In this document: piece after piece, positions 1 to 9,096 of the stretch | Numbering within the stretch: the first letter of the stretch is position 1 | Layout: each line of letters starts with the position of its first letter | Origin: a virus | Strand: one strand, 5' to 3' | UHGV virus genome: UHGV-0068637 | Length of the DNA stretch: 18,257 nucleotides | Program-made: the position numbers and the translations under genes | Notes under the pieces: model-generated | What the model was told of the DNA's origin: nothing | The model's database searches: none | What the model saw: only the letters and a program-made list of their open reading frames with translations

Positions 1-37
1 CTCGTTTCGCGCGGCGATGTTCTTCGCACATCACCTC

Positions 38-3000
38 TTATTCTTCGCTTCCGGTCAACTGACTGATAAGCGCTTCAAGTTTTGCTATCCGCTCATCCAT
101 TGCAGTAACGTCAGCTTTCAGGCTTGCGTTAACCTCATTCATTGCGGCAACGTTAGCTTTTAAGTTTGCGTTCTCCTCTTCCATTACAGCAACGCTGGCT
201 TTCAGGCTTGCGTTCTCCTCTTCCAGTTCGGTGACGCGATCATCCGTTTCGCGTGCCACCTGGACAAGTAAACCAGTAACCGCCGCATAGTCAACGCTGA
301 GGCACTTCATTTCCTCGCGTAAGATGTTGCCGTCAGTTGTTGGCCCTTGTAGCTCCTTGCCGTAAAGAGTGGTAAACGCTATCGCTTCAGGCAGCGCGTC
401 CATTACTTCCTGTGCAATAACACCAGCGTAAGGAAGGCCGTCATCTTTAAACGTGTAGGTATACCCGTTCATCTTACGGATGGATCCGGTGGCGTCACCT
501 ATGACCTTAATGTTGTCTTTAAGGCTCTGGTCAGAAGTTTGATACAGCGTCTTACATGTAAGATCGCCGTTAAAGTCAAATTTTCTGTTACCTGCTGCAT
601 CTTCCTGAGCATAGAACATGTATTGTTTGCTGTTACCAACCTCAAAAACGCTTTCCCTTCCGCTTTCACCCCATACCCTTACACTCCACGACTGCGCCGA
701 GGTGTCAGAGTTCCTTAAAAGAAGGCGCGGGCCGCTATCGCTGTTTTTAAGGATAACGTCGCCTTTTGCGGTTACGTCACTGACTGTGGTTAGCGTATTA
801 ACAGACACATCCTGATTTCTTCCTGAAACAACAATCTGACTCCATGCCGTCCAATTACCGTTCTCACAATAGCGAACGTATATTTGCTTCGTGTCTGTGC
901 CGACAAGTGTTTGTATGTTTGTGTAGTCTGTATCACTAATCTTGCGAATGGATTCTACACGCAACAAGAAGTTACCGCCTACACCGCTAGGCTTGTTGGC
1001 AATAGTGTTACCACCGCCTGCACTTGCGCATTGATAGTATTTAACAGAACCTTTATCAGATGCCTTAATAACAACGTTGTTAAGATCAATCTCCTGGTTT
1101 TCAATAGGTTGCGGATAGATAGGCCCGTACATACCTGCACTGAATGTGGCAAGGGCGGAAAACGTCGTTTGACCACCTACCGTCACACCGCTATCAAGCA
1201 CTGCTTGCGTGATAACTTTGCTGTTTGTTTTGTGATCGGGATTGTTACCAAAATACAGATCACCGCTGCCATCAATACCGAGGTATTTTTGAACAACGCT
1301 ATCAACCTTGAAGCCAATGGATAGGTTTTCAGAATACCCTGTACGCGTTAAAAGTAACGGTGTATGCTGTTTACCGCTGATTTTTAACGTGTTCTCCGTA
1401 GTTTCCGTGTTGTCGTTGGTGAACTCAGCTGTACGAGATGTTACTTTATATAGGATCTTTGCGCTGTTCGCCTGGATGCTTCCATCATGACGAACAACAA
1501 AATCACCTGTAGCCGTGCCGTTAGTGGTATTTGCCCGAATGCGGACTTCGCCACCCTCTTCGGAATTGGTAGGCGCCCAGATAACACCGCGTTCAGACTG
1601 GTCCTCATTCTGGAACCATAAATGGGCGGTTCCACTTTTTGAACGCAGATAGATCGACGGTGTTCCTTTAAGGATCGTCAGGTCGCCAGTCATGGTGTCA
1701 CCACCTTTTTTAACCTGAGCATCGTTGGTTACGTTGCCAAGTCCAACGTCAGCTTTAGACGGCTTGTATTTGGTTCCGTATAGAGTGTTGATCTGGAAAG
1801 TACCATCTTCAAGCGATCTGTCGTTACCAGAGAAAATCCTGACATTACCTGTGCCGTAGTCGATATTGATCGCAGACCACGTATCGCCGCACCGCGAGAA
1901 TACACCAGAACCGTGGCTGTGAAATGTGGCTGTGCTACCTTTTGGCTTACCGGATCTCCAGAAACACCCACCTTGCGCTTTCAGAGCTTTCAGTAAATCC
2001 TGATCGGTCATGTAACCCGTTGTGTCAGACCACGTTATCCCAGAACCACCAACACCGTAATTGCCTTTAAGCAGGGCATCTTGAAGGCCCAAATCTGCCT
2101 TAGTCGGCTTGTTTTCCTGGTCGTAAATCCTTATTGCAGGGCTTTCGATATATCCCTCTGGGGCGGTTTGTTGTTCGACATAGCCTTCTGGAATGTACAG
2201 TTCAGTCATGCCAGTCTGTGCCAGCACAGCAACCCTTGCGTCCTTAATGAATGCCCGCTGATAGCCCCAGACTTCAAAATATCCATCGCCCGGAACAATG
2301 CCGTAACGCATTTTGTTTTGTGCGTCCAGCCCTGCAGATCCGAGGCGGCGAACACCCAAAAACTTAGTTATGTTTGCACTGGTTATTCCGCCTGCAGTGG
2401 TGTAATTGCGAGCGGAGATCTCGATAAAGTCAATATTGCCGTAAGTCTTGCCGTAGTTACATGCGTTAGTAATCATTAGCGTCAGGTGGCAGTCACTAGC
2501 GCCCGGATCGGTCATTTTTGCGATCTTCACATAACGGGCATAATCAAAGGTATTGATAGGCCATTTACATTGAACCAATGCGTTGTTAGACCTTACTATC
2601 TGATTCAGATATTCTTGCGCCCTGTTCTCTGATGTTTTGGCTTTGGTTTCGCTTGTTTTTGCTGCCGTTTCGCTTGCCTTAGCGTTGGTTTCTGATGTTT
2701 TCGCGGCGGTGGCGGAGTTTGCTGCCGCTGTTTTTGATGCTGCTGCCGCGTTTTTGTCTGATTCTGTTTTTTGAGCGTTGGCAGTTGATTTCGCCGTTTC
2801 TGCGCGAATGTTGGTAAGAAGTTGTTCCATTTGACCATCACCGCCGAACTCATTCCACCACTCTACGGCGGAGGCGATTTCTGTTTCTTTGCTCTGGTAG
2901 TAACGCAGGGTTTCAGCTACGTCCTGAGCAAGCCCATCAACTGAGATCGAATCAGATAGCAGGATGCTAAATTTTGTCCCAGCAGGGATTGCGGGGTTAG

Positions 3001-3184
3001 CTGCTGGCGTCACTGACAGTTCAGTGCCGCTTTTAATTTCCGTGATGGTAAAGATCTGCACAGGATTGCCAACAGCAATGAGCGTGCAACCTACACGAAT
3101 AAGGGAAAGCGGCGCGGAGAAGTTTGTGCCCGTGCCTTTAACAGTGTTGCCATTGATGGCAATTGTTCCAGTTGTGTAAATCAT
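38..3184 (-). CDS. Side tail fibre protein with C-terminal intramolecular chaperone (peptidase S74-like) domain
   Basis: 1048-aa ORF, ATG at 3182-3184 with GGAG upstream. The Ala/Lys/Thr-rich 'AAKTSETNAKASETAAKTSETKAKTSE' region resembles lambda Stf / T4 fibre collar repeats. The C-terminal ~150 aa carries the 'TSDQSLKDNIKVI...GYTYTFKDD...GVIAQEV...LPEA...SVDY' signature typical of self-cleaving chaperone domains (endosialidase / T5 pb1 type), followed by a heptad coiled coil (ENASLKASVAVMEEENANLKANV). Confidence 0.8.
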   Translation of the reverse strand: MIYTTGTIAINGNTVKGTGTNFSAPLSLIRVGCTLIAVGNPVQIFTITEIKSGTELSVTPAANPAIPAGTKFSILLSDSISVDGLAQDVAETLRYYQSKETEIASAVEWWNEFGGDGQMEQLLTNIRAETAKSTANAQKTESDKNAAAASKTAAANSATAAKTSETNAKASETAAKTSETKAKTSENRAQEYLNQIVRSNNALVQCKWPINTFDYARYVKIAKMTDPGASDCHLTLMITNACNYGKTYGNIDFIEISARNYTTAGGITSANITKFLGVRRLGSAGLDAQNKMRYGIVPGDGYFEVWGYQRAFIKDARVAVLAQTGMTELYIPEGYVEQQTAPEGYIESPAIRIYDQENKPTKADLGLQDALLKGNYGVGGSGITWSDTTGYMTDQDLLKALKAQGGCFWRSGKPKGSTATFHSHGSGVFSRCGDTWSAINIDYGTGNVRIFSGNDRSLEDGTFQINTLYGTKYKPSKADVGLGNVTNDAQVKKGGDTMTGDLTILKGTPSIYLRSKSGTAHLWFQNEDQSERGVIWAPTNSEEGGEVRIRANTTNGTATGDFVVRHDGSIQANSAKILYKVTSRTAEFTNDNTETTENTLKISGKQHTPLLLTRTGYSENLSIGFKVDSVVQKYLGIDGSGDLYFGNNPDHKTNSKVITQAVLDSGVTVGGQTTFSALATFSAGMYGPIYPQPIENQEIDLNNVVIKASDKGSVKYYQCASAGGGNTIANKPSGVGGNFLLRVESIRKISDTDYTNIQTLVGTDTKQIYVRYCENGNWTAWSQIVVSGRNQDVSVNTLTTVSDVTAKGDVILKNSDSGPRLLLRNSDTSAQSWSVRVWGESGRESVFEVGNSKQYMFYAQEDAAGNRKFDFNGDLTCKTLYQTSDQSLKDNIKVIGDATGSIRKMNGYTYTFKDDGLPYAGVIAQEVMDALPEAIAFTTLYGKELQGPTTDGNILREEMKCLSVDYAAVTGLLVQVARETDDRVTELEEENASLKASVAVMEEENANLKANVAAMNEVNASLKADVTAMDERIAKLEALISQLTGSEE

Positions 3185-3361
3185 CGCAATGACTCCATTA
3201 TGTTAATTAACGGAATAATTCTACCATTTTGTGATCTGTGTTGCATTTTCTGCTTACACAAAATGTATTTGTTGATCTGTGTCAATATACGAAATGTGGT
3301 TTTGTCGGATATTTAAGCCACCGGGTGAACCGGATTAACCAACAAGAATGAGGGTTCAAAA
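3185..3361. promoter_or_regulatory. Divergent intergenic control region between tail fibre (-) and lipoprotein (+) genes
   Basis: 177-bp non-coding gap. Contains a 9-bp inverted repeat CATTTTGTG (3225-3233) / CACAAAATG (3257-3265), a 10-bp direct repeat TGATCTGTGT (3232-3241 and 3273-3282), and a GAGGG Shine-Dalgarno 7 nt before the ATG at 3362. No exact -35/-10 pair could be fixed by eye. Confidence 0.4.
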
Positions 3362-3610
3362 ATGAAAAACGTGTTCAAAGTGGTTTTGTTCGCCACGGCT
3401 GTTGCTCTTACTGGTTGCGCTGTTGACAAGGAGGCTGCATTGCATAACCTGCCGAATAGCGGAGTGATTCCACAAGATGTCGTCTATGATGGCAGCGGTC
3501 ATCTTGTCTATGACACTGAAAAACTGCCGTATACTGGTCAATGGTGTCATGAACTTGATCACAATATGCGCCGCATCGGTAGCCCTTCTAACTGTGTAGC
3601 TAACTACTAA
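3362..3610 (+). CDS. Small secreted lipoprotein, Cor-like superinfection-exclusion candidate
   Basis: 82-aa ORF with a signal peptide and lipobox (MKNVFKVVLFATAVALTG|C), a good RBS, and an intrinsic terminator immediately downstream. It is opposite-strand to, and sandwiched between, the J-like gene and the tail fibre, the position where cor-type lipoprotein morons sit in phi80/N15/T1-like phages. The function is inferred from context only. Confidence 0.65.
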   Translation: MKNVFKVVLFATAVALTGCAVDKEAALHNLPNSGVIPQDVVYDGSGHLVYDTEKLPYTGQWCHELDHNMRRIGSPSNCVANY

Positions 3611-3613
3611 AAG

Positions 3614-3644
3614 AAAACCCCGCGCGAAGCGGGGTTGTTTTTTA
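3614..3644. terminator. Bidirectional rho-independent terminator (lipoprotein gene / J gene convergent)
   Basis: Hairpin CCCCGC-GCGAA-GCGGGG followed by TTGTTTTTT on the plus strand, with an A-run on the other side giving a T-tract on the minus strand. Lies between the convergent stops at 3610 (+) and 3642 (-). Confidence 0.75.
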
Positions 3645-6600
3645 TATCCATGTTCCTGAACTTCTTGTTATAAGTATTAAACCTGGTTTTCTTATTGCTG
3701 CATTAGATGTATTGGTAAAGTTTTCCGTCACCTCTACTGTAATTGTTGGGTATGTGAGGCCAGATACACAGTGCACCGCGACAGTTGACATTGCTGGGGT
3801 TGATGCTGGCCTTTCTATATTAATTGTTTTTTGGTGTCCGCTTATATTTATAGTTACATTGATGCGAGAAGATTCACTATATGTATAGTATGACAAATCA
3901 TACGGAATCATAACGTAAACTGTTTTTGATAAACTTGATGAACTTGAATCAAGATAAGTTTTCGAAACGCGCCTGCTGCCATTTCCCCTCATTGACGGAA
4001 ATACATCCTCGTTTATCACTGACATACTTGCTACGTCACCAACAAAACTTGTAGCTTCAACTGCTCCAGTAAATTTACCGCCAGTTGCGTAAACAGTACC
4101 GTTAAACACACCAGCATAAGCGTATACCGTACCCCTTACGGTTACCTGGTTAAATACTGCGTCACCGGCTTTATCTATCGCCCATCCTGTACCGTTTTCC
4201 CAGCTGTAATTAACTGACTGTATTCGATCAGCTATTTTGGCGGAGTTGATAGTTCCGTCCTTAATAAACGCTTCTCTTACATACATTGCGCCATTGGTGA
4301 CATAGAAAGGCGTTATATATGTGCCGTTTGCTTCCGTCATCAACACGAAGCGGTCAACAAGGAAGATACACTGCGACTGGAAGTTAGTACCATCACCAGT
4401 GAGGCCAAGCGACATACCTGTCGCGTACGTCTTGCCGTAGTTGTCGGTTGCCAGCTTGATAGAGTACGACGCATCAACATTGCCTTTGAAGTCGGTCAAT
4501 GCTTTGGATGTCGTTTCTATTGCCGTTTTATTCCCGTTAACGGTCACTGTTAGCTGATCGATTTTCGTTGATAACGCCTCGTCAGCCGTAGCCATCGCCT
4601 GCGACCATTCAGTGATACTTGCGTCTACCAGTTCGAAGGACGCTGAGATCTGGCTGAATTTTTCAGCGTTTGATTCCTCATGCGTAGCTAGTGCCGTTGA
4701 TACCTCAGATACTTTCGAGTTGATTTCACCGGTAAGCGATGCGCTAAGGCCGCTTATTGCGTCTGCGCGTGCTTTTGTTTCGTCGGCGATAGCCTTGTCC
4801 ATCCTGGTAATGTTGCTCGTTACCTTGCTGTCAAGCGTTGAGATTGATGCATTCACACCGCTGATTGCTTCGCCGCGTGCACTGGTTTCGTCCGCAATGG
4901 CTTTATCGAGGCGGTTAATGCTTGCTTCCGTTTTCTTATCAAGATCTGTGATAGATGCGTTCACACCACTAATGGCTTCCGCTGTTGCCTTTTTCTCTTC
5001 CGCCATAACCTTGTCAATGCGGTCGATTTTCGCATTGGCTTCCCTGATCCCTTTCTTGTATTTGGCTGAAAGGGCAACATGCGTGTTGGTCTGAGCGATT
5101 GAGTTATTGATAAGTGCAATCGAGGTATTCTGCATACTTGCTTTGGTCTGGTTGATTTCATCGCTGTTTTTCTCAACGTTGTTTTCAACCGCACCAAGTT
5201 CGGCGCTGATACCGGATATTGCCTGCGCACGGGCGCTTGACTCGTCGGCAATGGCCTGATCCAGGCGCTTGACGCTGGCGTTTGTGTTGTTCTCAAGCGT
5301 TGTTAAGTCTGCTTTGACCTCTGTTATTGCGTCACTTCTTGCCTTCGTTTCGTCTGATATTGCTTTATCAAGGCGGGAAACGCTGGCGTCTGTTTTCTTG
5401 TCAAGGGTGTCGATCGATGCCTTCACGCCACTGATGGCCTGTGCGCGTGCGCTGGCCTCGTCAGCGATTGCCTGGTCGAGTCTGTTCACCTCTGATTCAG
5501 TGTTGCCTTCAAGCGTGCTGATGCTTGCATTAACGCTGCTGATAGCGTCAGTGCGTGCCTTCGTTTCGTCTGCAATCGCTTTATCAAGGCGATTAACGTT
5601 ACTTGTTACCTTGCCGTCAAGTGTGGAGATTGATGCCTTCACACCATTGATGGCTTCGGTTCTCGCGCTCGTTTCGTCGGCAATAGCCTTATCAAGGCGG
5701 CTTATGCTTGAATCGGTTTTCTTATCAAGTGCTGATACTGAGGCGTTCACCCCATTGATAGCTTCTGAGCGTGCGCTTGTTTCGTCTGCAATAGCTTGAT
5801 CCAGACGTTTAACGCTGGCGTCTGTTTTCTTGTCAAGTGCTGAAATGCTTGCGTTAACGTCGCTGACAGCCTGGGTTCGTGCGCTCGATTCATCGGCGAT
5901 TGCCTGGTCCAGACGTTTAACGCTGGCGTCAGTTTTCTTGTCAAGATTGTCTATTGAGGCGTTCACACCGTTAATAGCTTCGGCGCGTGCGCTGGCCTCG
6001 TCAGCCACTGCACGTTCCACGCTAGAAATCTGACCTTTAAGGTTGGAATCCATCGTGTTCATTTCTGCCGTGATGGTTTCCAGTGATTCCGCTGTCGCTT
6101 TTTTCTCTTCAGCGATAACGTTGTCAATACGGTCAATTTCCGCTTTCGTTTCCGTCCTGCCTTTCTTATACTGGGCGGTAAGGGTTACGCGCGTGTTTGT
6201 CTGTGCAAGCGAGTTGTTGATAAGCGCCAATGAAGCGTTTTGCAGGCTTGCTTTTGCCTGTGCCAGTTCGCTGTCAACTTTTTCGCTTGACACTTCTAAT
6301 AAGTCGATTCTGGACTCATGCTGACCAATATCATCGGCGTTCTCTTTAACTTTTTTGTAGAGATCTTCCGTTTCTTTTTTAAGCGTATCGGTGTCAGCTT
6401 TTATTGTTCCTGTTTCCGTGATCAGATTGTCAGTGTCAGTCCTTAAATCTTCAGTTATGTTGTTCAGGTTGTCGGTTTCGGTCCTTAAATCTTCAGTTAC
6501 GCTGGTAAGGTTGTCAGTTGTAGTTTTGAGGCTGTCAGTAGCAGTTTTCAGTTCTTCCGTGACACCATCAATGACATCGGCGCGGTCGCCAAGATCTTTG

Positions 6601-9083
6601 ATGTCACTAATCATATCTTTGAACTGCTCAGACTCCATGACGTCCTTCATCACGTAGTCGCTGATTTCGTCGAAGTTTTCAGTCGGTTTACCTGATGCCT
6701 CAACGAAGTCTGACACACCAAAGGCATTGCGCGTGCGCACATAGACGTAATAGGTGCGGCCCGTGTTCATGCCGCCAAACGTCCACTGATAACCACGTCC
6801 GGTGTATTGTGCCTTAGTGGTCACTGATGCCGGATCTGTGATTTGATTTTCACCAGCGAAATAGAACTCATAACTAGTGTCAGTGGTGAGCGTTGTTCTG
6901 CTAATCGGGTAAACTGTGGCCTGAAATACACCAGGAACCCAGTTGACACCTATCGGGGCCGCTGGCGCACCAATAACCAGGTCCACAATGCTTTCCGCAC
7001 CCTTCATGCCCGTGTCGTTTCTGCCACGGATGCCTAACGAATAGGTTCCCGCATCAATGCCATAAAAATCATGGCTGTAATTAGTGGTTTCGTAGTATTT
7101 AACCACCGCTCCCGCTGTATTGTATACGCGGATCTCAAAGGTAAGACGATGAGTTGTTGTCATCGTTTCCCATGTTGCGCGACATTGAACCGTTTCGGAT
7201 CCAACGTTCATCACTTTCAGGTTTTCAATGTTAGGCACGCGGAAGTGATTGAGCGTGTCGTTGTTGACTTCAAAGACTGCACCTTCATCAACTACAGCCT
7301 GTTTGTGAGGATCGTGCTGTGCCGCCTCTATGGTGTACACGCTGTTGTTTTCAGTTTCCGCAACGCTGACGATTCGACATAACACGGGTTTAGCTGCGTC
7401 TGTTGACACGGCGAACACAGTACCGTTACGAATCCATGCAGGGGCGGATGCAAGGGTAATTTGGTTCACGTTAACACCAGTGATCTGATGTTTTTTAAAC
7501 TTGCCATCACTGTCAAGCAGGCTGATGGTATCACCAGGGGCGATATATTCAGAGTCAACATTATCTACAGTGATAACCCTGCCACTGTTTGCCACGATGC
7601 GACCGCCCAAACGAGCGCCTGCGCGGTTATTGTCGAGTATCTCGATAATATCACCAGGGGTGAAGTGAATCGCGTCACGGGCCATTTTAAACGTGAATTT
7701 TGAGGGTTCGCGTTTTGCTGTTTCTATCAGCCATTTGCCAGCGCGGTAAGCCTGCCCGCGTGACGTGCAACCAAAAGCCTCCAACGTGGTTTCGTTGTAA
7801 CCATCGCGGGCGATCAGTTCATCATCTGCTACGTATTCTTTTGATTGTTCCCAACCGTTTTCCGGGTCAGTCCATGACACAATCACAGCGTTGTAAGATT
7901 CCGCGCGGGCGATACTTGAACGAGTAAATGCGCCATCAACGACGTTTGCATTCGTGATGGTGGCAATTGGATCTTGCGGTGCATCAATCATCACCGTAAG
8001 GCGCTGCCCGTCCCATAACGCGATACCACGGAACATGCCTGCAATGTTGTCCAGCAAGTCGCGGGCGCTCATTTGCTCAGTGATGTAAGCGTTAAGCGTC
8101 ATGCGTGGTTCAAGGCCGCCGTAACCGTCGTTTACCAACTGGTCGCAGTATTGAGAAAGCACATATAATGCGCCATCATCAACGTCAATGTAACCGGCGT
8201 GGCGGGTAAGCCCGAAGCGTTCATTTTTCACCAGATACCGGAAAAGCCATGCAGGGTTGTTGGTGTATGCCTTTTTGAAGCCACCAAGCCATAAACCTGA
8301 GTATGTGCGTGTTTCCGGGTCGTAGTTATCAGGCACGTCAACAATCAGGCCGCGCATGTGATAGGTGCGTGTCGGCGTGTCGGTATACTGATCGTGGTCA
8401 ATTACCGCGCCTGCTACAGCGGTGTGAGGATAAGACAAGTTATCGTCTATTATCTCGCTGTAACTGCTCCACCTGGTGTCATTGCGAAGTAGATCGCTTT
8501 TACTGTCTGGCGTTACGCGACGAACGCGAATATCAAACGGTTTTTCATCCGGCGCTTGGATGATGTGCGCTTCCATATACTCGCCGCTTTGTTTACCAGG
8601 GCCAATGGTAATATCTTTGACTAGTGACCACGTTGTTGACGATGATGGCTTAACATCAACCATCAACACAACAGATGTATTGTATTGATTGCCCTTGTCA
8701 TCTGACTGAACCAGAGAATCAACGCCAAGATTCAGCCTTACGCGGTTAACGTTTGGATCTGAAACGGTCCTGATTATTGGCGTATCGTGAGTCACTTTTG
8801 CGTTAACAATAACGGTTGATTCAATGGCGTTGAAGCCGTTGATTGGTGACTGGTCAGCCGTACCATTACGCCACGCCACGCTAACGCCAGGGACCGATGT
8901 GCCGCCGTTGGCGTCAGTGATTGGGCTGTCATTAAGCATTACGCTGTTTAATGGCGCTTTCTGGTTTACAGGGCCGTAGATTGGGCCTTCGCTGAGAATG
9001 TCCAAAACACGATAAAACTGTTTATGAAACAGGTTATCGTTTAATAATGTTGGTGTTTTGGCTTTGCCGCCGCCGCTACTCAT
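3642..9083 (-). CDS. J: Host specificity / central tail fibre protein (lambda J family) with large coiled-coil repeat insertion
   Basis: 1813-aa ORF with AGGAGA RBS. The N-terminal ~800 aa is collinear with lambda J ('ILSEGPIYGPV', 'NPAWLFRYLV...RFGL', 'LSQYCDQLV.DG.GG.EPRMT.NAY', 'EAFGCTSRGQAYRAGKWLI'), followed by FN3-like segments. The C-terminal ~300 aa is a J-like receptor-binding region. About 650 aa of repeat-rich alpha-helical sequence sits in between. Confidence 0.9.
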   Translation of the reverse strand: MSSGGGKAKTPTLLNDNLFHKQFYRVLDILSEGPIYGPVNQKAPLNSVMLNDSPITDANGGTSVPGVSVAWRNGTADQSPINGFNAIESTVIVNAKVTHDTPIIRTVSDPNVNRVRLNLGVDSLVQSDDKGNQYNTSVVLMVDVKPSSSTTWSLVKDITIGPGKQSGEYMEAHIIQAPDEKPFDIRVRRVTPDSKSDLLRNDTRWSSYSEIIDDNLSYPHTAVAGAVIDHDQYTDTPTRTYHMRGLIVDVPDNYDPETRTYSGLWLGGFKKAYTNNPAWLFRYLVKNERFGLTRHAGYIDVDDGALYVLSQYCDQLVNDGYGGLEPRMTLNAYITEQMSARDLLDNIAGMFRGIALWDGQRLTVMIDAPQDPIATITNANVVDGAFTRSSIARAESYNAVIVSWTDPENGWEQSKEYVADDELIARDGYNETTLEAFGCTSRGQAYRAGKWLIETAKREPSKFTFKMARDAIHFTPGDIIEILDNNRAGARLGGRIVANSGRVITVDNVDSEYIAPGDTISLLDSDGKFKKHQITGVNVNQITLASAPAWIRNGTVFAVSTDAAKPVLCRIVSVAETENNSVYTIEAAQHDPHKQAVVDEGAVFEVNNDTLNHFRVPNIENLKVMNVGSETVQCRATWETMTTTHRLTFEIRVYNTAGAVVKYYETTNYSHDFYGIDAGTYSLGIRGRNDTGMKGAESIVDLVIGAPAAPIGVNWVPGVFQATVYPISRTTLTTDTSYEFYFAGENQITDPASVTTKAQYTGRGYQWTFGGMNTGRTYYVYVRTRNAFGVSDFVEASGKPTENFDEISDYVMKDVMESEQFKDMISDIKDLGDRADVIDGVTEELKTATDSLKTTTDNLTSVTEDLRTETDNLNNITEDLRTDTDNLITETGTIKADTDTLKKETEDLYKKVKENADDIGQHESRIDLLEVSSEKVDSELAQAKASLQNASLALINNSLAQTNTRVTLTAQYKKGRTETKAEIDRIDNVIAEEKKATAESLETITAEMNTMDSNLKGQISSVERAVADEASARAEAINGVNASIDNLDKKTDASVKRLDQAIADESSARTQAVSDVNASISALDKKTDASVKRLDQAIADETSARSEAINGVNASVSALDKKTDSSISRLDKAIADETSARTEAINGVKASISTLDGKVTSNVNRLDKAIADETKARTDAISSVNASISTLEGNTESEVNRLDQAIADEASARAQAISGVKASIDTLDKKTDASVSRLDKAISDETKARSDAITEVKADLTTLENNTNASVKRLDQAIADESSARAQAISGISAELGAVENNVEKNSDEINQTKASMQNTSIALINNSIAQTNTHVALSAKYKKGIREANAKIDRIDKVMAEEKKATAEAISGVNASITDLDKKTEASINRLDKAIADETSARGEAISGVNASISTLDSKVTSNITRMDKAIADETKARADAISGLSASLTGEINSKVSEVSTALATHEESNAEKFSQISASFELVDASITEWSQAMATADEALSTKIDQLTVTVNGNKTAIETTSKALTDFKGNVDASYSIKLATDNYGKTYATGMSLGLTGDGTNFQSQCIFLVDRFVLMTEANGTYITPFYVTNGAMYVREAFIKDGTINSAKIADRIQSVNYSWENGTGWAIDKAGDAVFNQVTVRGTVYAYAGVFNGTVYATGGKFTGAVEATSFVGDVASMSVINEDVFPSMRGNGSRRVSKTYLDSSSSSLSKTVYVMIPYDLSYYTYSESSRINVTINISGHQKTINIERPASTPAMSTVAVHCVSGLTYPTITVEVTENFTNTSNAAIRKPGLILITRSSGTWI
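4730..6040 (-). repeat. In-frame 108-bp tandem repeat array (about 10 copies, 36-aa unit) inside the J-like gene
   Basis: The motif 'tcaag...gcgcgtgcgctggcctcgtcagc' recurs with exact 540-bp (5 x 108) spacing, e.g. 5401 vs 5941 and 5451 vs 5991. The protein unit is 'DKKTDASVKRLDQAIADESSARTQAVSDVNASISAL' and variants. The array is split into two blocks (about 2.5 and about 7.5 copies) by a duplicated ~250-bp spacer segment. Confidence 0.85.
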
Positions 9084-9096
9084 GGTTTTTCTCCTG

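Noticed and set aside
618-3179. Plus-strand ORFs inside the tail fibre gene (618..815, 884..1324, 1308..1490, 2081..2479, 2964..3179) and the Lys/Gln-rich minus-strand ORF 2605..2853
   Set aside because: Nested within or out of frame with a well-supported 1048-aa gene. No RBSs, with Cys-rich or low-complexity composition typical of spurious frames.
4730-6040. Regular tandem repeats that could be mistaken for a CRISPR array or satellite
   Set aside because: The period is 108 bp with no unique spacers. The repeats are in frame within a continuous 1813-aa ORF and encode a 36-aa protein repeat.
4612-6657. Numerous plus-strand ORFs (4612..5094, 5269..5799, 5830..6033, 6043..6324, 6391..6657) with repetitive Ser/Ala/Leu-rich translations
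   Set aside because: They are antisense to the J-like gene and are produced by its 108-bp tandem repeats, which keep open frames on the opposite strand. They lack RBSs and have low-complexity composition.
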